DNA from: Bacteroidota bacterium
GTDB lineage: Bacteria; Bacteroidota; Bacteroidia; Chitinophagales; LD1
Assembly (NCBI GenBank): GCA_025963485.1
Contig: JAOQAO010000194.1
Location: 27,890-91,889, forward strand
Direction: 5' to 3'
Length of the DNA: 64,000 nucleotides
The first letter of the stretch is position 1. Each line of letters opens with the position of its first letter. Made by a program: the position numbers and the translations under genes. The notes below the pieces were generated by a model, which ran no database searches, was not told the origin of the DNA, and worked only from the letters and a program-made list of their open reading frames with translations. This document shows positions 57,162 to 64,000 of this stretch, one piece after another.

Positions 57162-57173
57162 GGGCGATTTCGA

Positions 57174-57369
57174 CGTCAGTTTGAAACCCAATGTCAGTGA
57201 CTTAGGCTGTTACACTATGCCATTTGCAGTAAACCCATTGCAATGTATTTAAGTCCCTATAGGGATTTAGGGCGAGGTAGAAGCAATGAAAGCTAAATTT
57301 TAGATGTTGAAATCTCGATAGGAGCGACCTGTTTTTCTTAAATTAATGACATTGGGTCTCAAACCGACG
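57174..57369. repeat. Third copy of the structured repeat, enclosed by 23-bp terminal inverted repeats
   Basis: CGTCAGTTTGAAACCCAATGTCA (57174-57196) and TGACATTGGGTCTCAAACCGACG (57347-57369) are complementary at 21 of 23 positions. The core at 57238-57313 matches the units at 86-270. Confidence 0.6.
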
Positions 57370-57447
57370 GCTAGTGAAGTATGAAGCCCGTTGAAAAGTA
57401 TTGGGTAGCATGGCTAAGGATGATGCCTTACGCTATCATTTATATTT

Positions 57448-58008
57448 TTAATGATACACTCTTTGAGTGAAGAATCTCGTATCCAGATAATACCTCGAAG
57501 GGTCCATAGGATCCACATATAAAGGGGTCGTTTTCTGGTTTGTCATTTTGAAAGTGATGGCGATCTTCTCCAGGTCTGTGGCTTCGCTCACGAAGTGATG
57601 GCTGCGACCAGCGATCTCCATATCACATACGATCACGTGGCCCGGTGTGGGGCCTGCGCTTTTGTCTTCACCGGCGACGATATTCCAGGAGTAGTTGCCC
57701 GTGGTGCCGTCCTCCTCTGCGGCTGGGACGATGCGGCAGGTGGAGAGGTCGATGGTATATTTAGTGCCGGTCTTTTGGATGTCTTGTTGCACGTCCTGTA
57801 CTATCTCGCGCAGGCTGCGGTTGGCGGGCTTCACGATGCGCCACAGCAGCATCAGGCCTGCGACGATGAATATCAGGCACGGCGCGATATACCACTCATG
57901 ATGCGGTATGCGGTCGTAGTAGTAGAAGAACTGCGAAGCCTTGATCCCGATGATGATCAGGAAGGAACCGATGATGAACTTGATTATTGCGCTGATGGTT
58001 CGGGCCAT
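57448..58008 (-). CDS. Hypothetical membrane protein (two N-terminal TM helices plus a soluble domain)
   Basis: 186 aa. The layout resembles DUF3592-type proteins. This rests on topology only, so the family call is weak. Confidence 0.45.
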   Translation of the reverse strand: MARTISAIIKFIIGSFLIIIGIKASQFFYYYDRIPHHEWYIAPCLIFIVAGLMLLWRIVKPANRSLREIVQDVQQDIQKTGTKYTIDLSTCRIVPAAEEDGTTGNYSWNIVAGEDKSAGPTPGHVIVCDMEIAGRSHHFVSEATDLEKIAITFKMTNQKTTPLYVDPMDPSRYYLDTRFFTQRVYH

Positions 58009-58046
58009 TATTGCTTTTGAGGTTGAAGATAACCAAACAGCAAGAA

Positions 58047-58331
58047 CTATTTGCTGTTCATAAAGGTCGATGCATACATCATACCTGCGCCTATCACCCC
58101 TGCTATGGCCAGGCGTGTGATCACCTTGAGGCGTGTTTTGTTGAACTCTTTTATGTTGGCGAGGTTCTCGTCCAGTTTTTGACGGGACTCTTCATCCTTG
58201 CTCATATTGCGCGATAGCGCAGCGCCCGCCTGTCCCGATGCACCGAGTAGCAGAAATATGCCCTGGAATATGGCCCTGCCACCGCCACCTATCACGAGTA
58301 TGAGACCGATAAAGAAAAATGCGTTTTGCAT
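58047..58331 (-). CDS. Hypothetical small membrane protein
   Basis: 94 aa with hydrophobic N- and C-terminal segments flanking a charged middle region. Confidence 0.4.
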   Translation of the reverse strand: MQNAFFFIGLILVIGGGGRAIFQGIFLLLGASGQAGAALSRNMSKDEESRQKLDENLANIKEFNKTRLKVITRLAIAGVIGAGMMYASTFMNSK

Positions 58332-58502
58332 AAAATGTATTTTGAGTTTGATTAATGGAATGAATGTATGAATTGTCCCGCAAAAGCAAAGACAATATTT
58401 TCCTTATAATCGGATTTTTGAGGCGGCCCAAAACGGTTGTGTGGATATAAGCACGAAGGTTGCCAGGGTTTTACAACGGCTCGTACTATTGTAATAACAT
58501 TT

Positions 58503-59006
58503 TCATTTAGCCCAGCTCGCCTTCTTATGCCTCGGCCACTCATCAGGCAGCACACCTTTATCAGCGAAATTTTTGTACAGCATTTTTACTTCATATAATT
58601 TAAGGCCGCTGCCGGTGCCGGAGTCGAGGTATGCTATATATGATCTGCGATCGGTAAACATCCGCTCATCACGGCGCAGGGTATCAGCTACGATCCATGC
58701 TTCGCTCATCTCAGAGCCAGTGTAGAAGCTATCAAAGTGTATCGCCATGCATGAGCCCTTGACACCTACAGAGTCAAATCCGGTCACCTGATTATCGTGG
58801 AGTTTGCTATACCACAGCGGCATGGTGAAGGTATTTCCGCGATCTGCCGAAACTATATCGCGCGGCTTGATGAGCGGTACACGGTCCAGGTCAGAGATAT
58901 GAGAATAGTCGTAAAAGTCGGTTTGCCGGCCCGGGCCGCAATTGGTAAAAACCACACCCATGAGTAGGACAAAAAAGGTATTCAACGCTCTTATACGGAT
59001 CGCCAT
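58503..59006 (-). CDS. Hypothetical lipoprotein
   Basis: 167 aa with a signal peptide and a Cys (VVFTNCG). No family motif recognised. Confidence 0.5.
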   Translation of the reverse strand: MAIRIRALNTFFVLLMGVVFTNCGPGRQTDFYDYSHISDLDRVPLIKPRDIVSADRGNTFTMPLWYSKLHDNQVTGFDSVGVKGSCMAIHFDSFYTGSEMSEAWIVADTLRRDERMFTDRRSYIAYLDSGTGSGLKLYEVKMLYKNFADKGVLPDEWPRHKKASWAK

Positions 59007-59254
59007 TACAAAACTTTAGGCCAATATACTAAGATGCAGATCAATTCTATACTACGGGGATATTGTCATACTAACCAATTTCCCCGACAGAGGTTGTGCA
59101 TTTAGTATTGGCCTAGTAGATTGTTTATTAGTGTGTTGCAAATGGATAAAAAATTTTCTTATCACAAATGCGCAATAGATGTAAATTTTTGAGTGATCCT
59201 AAGATGTAGTATTGAGGTCAATATGGGAATTCCCTCAAAACTAAAATCAATTGT

Positions 59255-59392
59255 ATGAAGCATTTATCACACATCCTTACTGCCCTCGTACTCCTTCTTT
59301 CCCCAGGCTTATGGGCACAGGCTCCGCAGCAGGTCAGCTATCAGGCTGGCAACGAGAATTTCACAAGTTTCTCAGGATATAAAGTGTATTGA
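59255..59392 (+). pseudogene. Truncated N-terminal remnant of a fibre/collagen-like gene
   Basis: The 45-codon ORF MKHLSHILTALVLLLSPGLWAQAPQQVSYQAG... parallels the N-terminus of 60042..63065 (..LGLTAQVPQLVNYQAVV..), then diverges and stops. Confidence 0.35.
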
Positions 59393-59499
59393 GTCAGGCT
59401 TTTAAATCAGACATCCGATAATCAGACAAATTATAGCGCAAATAAATTTCTTAATAGCAGATACTAAACGTAATTTTAAAATAACTAAAACTACTGATC

Positions 59500-60018
59500 A
59501 TGATTAAACACGTACTTCTTTTCGCATGTTGCCTTTTCTCAGCATGCACTTTCGCACAATCGCTAAGCCCGCAGGTACTCGCTACCGCAGGGGCATACTC
59601 TCTCGTAGGCAACTATAGCTTGTCATATACTGTGGGCGAGATGGCCGCGGTGCAGACGCTCTCTGCAGGTGGCACTATCCTCACACAGGGCTTTCAGCAG
59701 CCCAATGATATCACTATCGGCCTGCTCGAGATCAATCAGGAAGCCAATGGCACATTTGTAGTCTACCCTATACCTGCTACGGACAACCTTTGGTTTGGCT
59801 ACGAGTTTGATGACCGTGGCGAGGTAGAGGTGAGCCTGCATGATATCACTGGCCGTCTCCTCGGTTTTTCGCTCCGCGAAAACTACAGCCCCGGCAAGGT
59901 GGTTCACAGCTTTGACTGCACGCCATATGCAGCCGGAAACTATGTACTCACTGCGAAATACACCTCGCACAATGGACAAGTGAAAACAATGAGCAAGAAA
60001 TTTCAGATCATAAATTAA
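59500..60018 (+). CDS. Small secreted protein with a T9SS-CTD-like C-terminal half, immediately upstream of fibre gene F6
   Basis: 172 aa with a signal peptide. The N-terminal half reads SYTVGEMAAVQT...LTQGFQQP. The C-terminal half reads FVVYPIPATDNLWF...GNYVLTAKY. It ends 23 bp before the next start. Confidence 0.55.
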   Translation: MIKHVLLFACCLFSACTFAQSLSPQVLATAGAYSLVGNYSLSYTVGEMAAVQTLSAGGTILTQGFQQPNDITIGLLEINQEANGTFVVYPIPATDNLWFGYEFDDRGEVEVSLHDITGRLLGFSLRENYSPGKVVHSFDCTPYAAGNYVLTAKYTSHNGQVKTMSKKFQIIN

Positions 60019-60041
60019 TACATAAATAAACCCTGTCTTAT

Positions 60042-63000
60042 ATGAAACAAATAAAACACCTTTTAACTGTCCTTACAGTTCTGATCGCTCTGGGCCTGAC
60101 CGCTCAGGTGCCGCAGCTAGTCAACTATCAAGCTGTCGTGCGCGACAATTTGGGCCATCTGGTCCCCAATAGCACGCAGGTAAAACTGCAGTTCATTATA
60201 CATGACAACTCAGCGACCGGCACCTCTGTGTACACCGAGACATCGGCTGTACTCACTACAAATGCATTTGGCCTGGTGACTACTGCCATCGGTGCCAATG
60301 CTAACCTCAGTACAGTCGTATGGGGTACCAATACCAAGTGGCTGCAGGTGAAAGTCGACGTAGGCAATACGGGCACATTCACAGACATGGGCACTACGCA
60401 GATGAACGCGGTGCCTTATGCACTCTATGCTGCCAATTCACCAGCAGGATCTACCGGACCGACCGGACCAGCCGGTACTAACGGCACAAATGGAACAGCC
60501 GGTACAAATGGAACTAACGGGACCAATGGTATAAATGGCGTCGATGGCGCTACCGGTCCTACTGGCCCTACGGGTCCGGGTGGTATCGCAGGTCCTACCG
60601 GCGCAGGTGCGACCGGCCCTACCGGCGCTACAGGTACAGGCGGCGGCCCTACAGGCCCTACTGGTCCTACTGGCGCTACAGGCAGCGGTGGCGGAGCTAC
60701 TGGTGCCACGGGTGTAGCAGGCCCTACTGGTGCAGCAGGTCCTACAGGCGCAGCCGGTTCTAACGGTACGAATGGAACAAACGGATCTAATGGTGCTACC
60801 GGACCTACGGGTGCGGCCGGTACGAATGGAACAAATGGATCTAATGGTGCTACCGGACCTACAGGTGCGGCCGGCACGAATGGTACTAACGGTATCAATG
60901 GCCTGACCGGCCCTACCGGCGCAGCTGGCACGAACGGTACTAACGGAACGAATGGCACGAACGGCCTGACCGGTGCTACGGGCCCGACAGGCGCTACCGG
61001 TCTGTCAGGTGTTGATTTCGCCGTCACTAACAGCGGTACATCTGCATACCTCATCGGCGCTTCTGCTGATTACAATGCCTCTCCGTTCAACGTCAATCCT
61101 ACTTTGGTATTGACACGCGGATTGACATACAGGTTCAATGTAAATGCAAGCGGACATCCTTTCCGTATATCTTCTACCAATGCATTCCCGGGTACGCAGT
61201 ACAATGTAGGTGTGACCAACAATGATGCGCAGACAGGTACAGTGACATTCAAGGTGCCGATGGATGCACCTAATACACTTTACTATCAGTGTACCAACCA
61301 CTCAGTCATGCACGGTACTATCAATATAGTAGCTGCAGGTGGCGGTGGCGCTACCGGCCCTACAGGTCCGACAGGCGTTACAGGTCCGACGGGCACCGGC
61401 ACAGCTGGTGCTACTGGTCCTACAGGCCCGGCAGGTTCGGGCTCAGTGAGCGGCACGATCAACTATGTAGCAAAATTCACAGCCGCTACAGCAGTGGGCA
61501 ACTCACAAATATTTGACAATGGAACAAGTGTAGGCGTGGGTACGATCACTCCTAACTTTAACCTGCAAGTGAATAGCACCGGCACGGATGCGAGTATCCA
61601 ACTCTCCAATAGCACCACGGGTGGTACTTCGGCTGATGGCTTGCGTATCCGCCAGCTGGGCAATGATGGAGGCATCTATGTCAATGAAGTTGGTAACCTT
61701 GAGTTCGGTACTAATGGTAACTCCAGGGTCCGTATCCTCAGCAATGGTGTCGTGGGCGTAGGTACTACCACACCGATAGGTAGCACCAGGCTCCACACTG
61801 TGGGGCATGGCCGCACTGCAGGTTATTTCACTACAGATAGTACGGCGGGTTCACTGGGCACCGGATCGCTGTATACCAATATCAACCGCTCCGCTGGCTT
61901 GCGCGGGGAGTATATTGGTACAGGCAGCAATGACGGTTTTGGTGTGCTCGGTATTAGTCGCAATACCCTAAGCTACGGCTACGGTGGCGTATTTGCCGGC
62001 AATTGGGTAGGCGCTTATGGCCTGTCAAATAATACTGGCCTCGCAGGTCTCTATGGCCAGGCTGATAGCAGCAGCGCTGCTGGTGTTGTAGGCCAGGGTA
62101 GCGGTACCACGCCTATAGGGGTCGATGGTTTTAGCGCCTTGATAGGTACTGTGGGACAGGCAAATGCTAATGGTGGCGGTGTTGTTACGACATATTTCGG
62201 CGGTGGCGGAACTCTTGAGGCGGCTGGTGTTTTTGGTACAACAACGACTGCAAGCACACCTGCGGGATTTTCTTATGGTGTAGTAGGCGAACCAAATGAT
62301 CCGGGTTCAAACTTCAACATAGGAGTAGCCGGCATCAGTGCATCAAACACTGTAGCAGGAACAGTCAATATAGGTGTGTTAGGGATAGTGGACTCTTCTA
62401 CAATCGGTACAGCCGCCTTTTACAATGCGATACAGGGTGAAGCCAATTTTGGCGGCAATGCTGGTCAGTTCTTCGGAAAGGTAGATGTACAGGGCAACAC
62501 GCATATCCTGGGTAATTTATTTGTACAAGGCAATCTCTCTAAGTCAGGTGGTACATTTATGATAGACCACCCGCAGGATCCGTCAGGTAAATATCTCTAC
62601 CACTCATTCGTAGAGAGTCCTGATATGATGAACGTATACAACGGCAACGCTACTACTGATGCATCAGGTATTGTTACTGTGACCCTGCCTTCATACTTTG
62701 AGGCGGAGAATAAAGACTTCCGCTATCAGCTCACAGTGATAGGCCAGCCTGCACAAGTATGGATAGCTGAGAAGGTAAGCGGCAATAAATTTGTCGTAAA
62801 ATCTGACAAACCTAATGTGGAAGTGAGCTGGCAGGTGACAGGTATACGCCAGGATGCATGGGCCAATGCTCACCGCGTAGTAGCGGAAGTAGAAAAGGCA
62901 CCTGCTGACAAGGGTAAATACCTCCACCCGGAGCTCTTTGGCGCTCCCGGGTCTGCTACTATTGGGTTAAGCCAAAGCAAGGCCAGCGCAATGCCTAAGG

Positions 63001-63065
63001 CAGCTACATCTACTCAGACTGTAGTACAGAAGGCACAGGCTAAGATCAAGGCTCAGAAGAAATAA
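60042..63065 (+). CDS. Collagen-like / cupredoxin-like fibre protein F6
   Basis: 1007 aa. Signal peptide, then an AQVPQLVNYQAVVRD N-domain. G-X-Y tracts lie at 60447-61010 and 61338-61446, with a HPF...YYQCTNHSVMHG domain between them. VGVGT(I/T)TP fibre motifs follow. The C-terminus reads FMIDHPQDPSGKYLYHSFVESPDMMNVY...SWQVTGIRQD. Confidence 0.85.
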   Translation: MKQIKHLLTVLTVLIALGLTAQVPQLVNYQAVVRDNLGHLVPNSTQVKLQFIIHDNSATGTSVYTETSAVLTTNAFGLVTTAIGANANLSTVVWGTNTKWLQVKVDVGNTGTFTDMGTTQMNAVPYALYAANSPAGSTGPTGPAGTNGTNGTAGTNGTNGTNGINGVDGATGPTGPTGPGGIAGPTGAGATGPTGATGTGGGPTGPTGPTGATGSGGGATGATGVAGPTGAAGPTGAAGSNGTNGTNGSNGATGPTGAAGTNGTNGSNGATGPTGAAGTNGTNGINGLTGPTGAAGTNGTNGTNGTNGLTGATGPTGATGLSGVDFAVTNSGTSAYLIGASADYNASPFNVNPTLVLTRGLTYRFNVNASGHPFRISSTNAFPGTQYNVGVTNNDAQTGTVTFKVPMDAPNTLYYQCTNHSVMHGTINIVAAGGGGATGPTGPTGVTGPTGTGTAGATGPTGPAGSGSVSGTINYVAKFTAATAVGNSQIFDNGTSVGVGTITPNFNLQVNSTGTDASIQLSNSTTGGTSADGLRIRQLGNDGGIYVNEVGNLEFGTNGNSRVRILSNGVVGVGTTTPIGSTRLHTVGHGRTAGYFTTDSTAGSLGTGSLYTNINRSAGLRGEYIGTGSNDGFGVLGISRNTLSYGYGGVFAGNWVGAYGLSNNTGLAGLYGQADSSSAAGVVGQGSGTTPIGVDGFSALIGTVGQANANGGGVVTTYFGGGGTLEAAGVFGTTTTASTPAGFSYGVVGEPNDPGSNFNIGVAGISASNTVAGTVNIGVLGIVDSSTIGTAAFYNAIQGEANFGGNAGQFFGKVDVQGNTHILGNLFVQGNLSKSGGTFMIDHPQDPSGKYLYHSFVESPDMMNVYNGNATTDASGIVTVTLPSYFEAENKDFRYQLTVIGQPAQVWIAEKVSGNKFVVKSDKPNVEVSWQVTGIRQDAWANAHRVVAEVEKAPADKGKYLHPELFGAPGSATIGLSQSKASAMPKAATSTQTVVQKAQAKIKAQKK
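60447..61010 (+). repeat. Coding collagen-like G-X-Y triplet tract (GTNGTNG / GPTGATG units)
   Basis: Gly falls at every third residue over roughly 185 codons, with a few GGG/GAG irregularities. The Pro-rich ORF 60425..61054 on the opposite strand is its mirror image. Confidence 0.9.
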
Positions 63066-63093
63066 TCAGGACATACATAACTATTGAAGATCA

Positions 63094-63125
63094 TCCCTCT
63101 CAGTTATACTGAGGGGGATTTTTTT
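63094..63125 (+). terminator. Rho-independent terminator after F6 (between convergent genes)
   Basis: TCCCTCTCAG-TTATA-CTGAGGGGGA (one G-U position) followed by TTTTTTT. Confidence 0.75.
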
Positions 63126-63136
63126 GCATATAGGTA

Positions 63137-64000
63137 TTACATCTTCACCAGCTTTGTGATATAGGTACCACCTGGTGCAGATACCCTGAGGAAATACAGA
63201 CCGGCAGGCCCGCTTATGTTTATTTTGGTTTCGTTGCGGCTGACGTTATTTTTGTAGATCAGCTGTCCCTCCGCATTAGTCACCTCGATCTGGCTTCCTG
63301 TCAGGTTGCTTCTCGTCGTGAACATCCATTGACCTGTAGATGGATTGGGATAGACGGAGAAGGGGAGGAAAGTATCGGAACCTCTCACAGCAGTTGGGGT
63401 CGCAGTGCGCAGCCAGTGGTTGTCATTAGCCCGGCAGTATAGTACTCTGTCAGTGATCTGTGTATCGCTGAGCATCAGTATCGGGCACAGCTGCATGCGG
63501 GAGATGAGGCTATCGTTATTCAATGTGAGCAGCGCATATCCATTGTCAAAAAGGTTGAGGTACTGCTGCTGCGGGTTCAGTCCGAATGACGCCTGTATCA
63601 GCCCGGGGCCGGCAGAGGGAGAGATACCCGACTCATCCACATTGCCGCGGCTGATACTGATGCCATTGACCTCCACGCCTATGCCACCTGCTCCTGTTGC
63701 GCGATCGTATGCCGTACTGTCAAATGGGTTCAGCGCGATATCACTCACGATATTCATATGGAGGTCACCGCTGACAAAGACCGGATTATTGATGTGCCTC
63801 CGGGCGATATTGGCGAGCAATGAGTCCCTGCTCTCCGGGTATCCGTCCCAGCTATCGTCGAGGCCGCCGCCGGGCAGGTTGAGGCCTCCGAGGTTCCATG
63901 GGCTGAAGAGTTTGCTTACAGCTATTATTTTCCATACGGCATGTGAGCTGTCGAGGCCATCCAGCAGCCAGTGAGTCTGCGGGTCAAGCATCATTTTTTT
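63137..64000 (-). CDS. PhoD-like metallophosphatase C-terminal part with a T9SS sorting domain (5' end outside the window)
   Basis: DSWDGYPESRDSLLANIARRHINNPVFVSGDLHMN matches the PhoD-type phosphatase motif. The C-terminus FSVYPNPSTGQWMF...GLYFLRVSAPGG is a T9SS CTD. The reading frame runs to the window edge. Confidence 0.7.
   Translation of the reverse strand, partial: KKMMLDPQTHWLLDGLDSSHAVWKIIAVSKLFSPWNLGGLNLPGGGLDDSWDGYPESRDSLLANIARRHINNPVFVSGDLHMNIVSDIALNPFDSTAYDRATGAGGIGVEVNGISISRGNVDESGISPSAGPGLIQASFGLNPQQQYLNLFDNGYALLTLNNDSLISRMQLCPILMLSDTQITDRVLYCRANDNHWLRTATPTAVRGSDTFLPFSVYPNPSTGQWMFTTRSNLTGSQIEVTNAEGQLIYKNNVSRNETKINISGPAGLYFLRVSAPGGTYITKLVKM

Noticed and set aside
60425-61054. 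209-aa Pro-rich minus-strand ORF
   Set aside because: It is the exact antisense of the G-X-Y collagen-like tract of F6 (GGN codons read as NCC, giving Pro), so it is an artefact.

Overview
This 64-kb window looks like a chromosomal accessory region of a Bacteroidota-type genome. The evidence is signal peptides ending in ..AQ, many type IX secretion (T9SS) C-terminal sorting domains, TonB-C-like modules, an AraC regulator with an N-terminal CxxC domain, and many PAS kinases and orphan receivers. I recognised no rRNA, tRNA, CRISPR array, transposase, integrase or phage structural gene. From 0 to 15.7 kb there is a mixed set of genes: a cytochrome P460-like lipoprotein, a PI-PLC-like protein, a ParE-like toxin/antitoxin pair and an M42 peptidase. 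The same stretch holds a 1467-aa multi-PAS histidine kinase with its receiver, XRE and AraC regulators, an FAD monooxygenase bracketed by two paralogous receivers, and DUF1328 and YitT membrane proteins. From 15.8 to 26.5 kb lie three tandem paralogous 1000-1200 aa secreted proteins. Each has YopM/IpaH-style 20-residue LRRs, a conserved beta-domain, Cys-containing ~50-aa repeats and a T9SS sorting domain. From 26.8 to 35 kb there are small secreted paralog pairs, an SGNH hydrolase, a flavodoxin-like protein and a T9SS protein with two tandem ice-binding-like (DUF3494) domains. From 35 to 39 kb a PAS histidine kinase carries 13 tandem 63-bp (21-aa) repeats between its sensor and kinase core, and four paralogous single-domain receivers flank it. 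The most unusual part runs from 39 to 63 kb. It contains a SurA-like gene coupled to the first of five tandem, separately terminated, mosaic tail-fibre-like genes of 840-1047 aa. These genes have signal peptides but no T9SS sorting domain, and they carry interchangeable C-terminal modules, two of which include an internal endosialidase-type (S74) intramolecular chaperone domain. A sixth fibre-like gene in the same stretch combines collagen-like G-X-Y tracts with a cupredoxin-like insert. Separately, an unclassified structured repeat family with three-way covarying arms occurs at 86-270 and at 57.2 kb. All functional calls come from reading motifs in the translated ORFs. No database search was possible.
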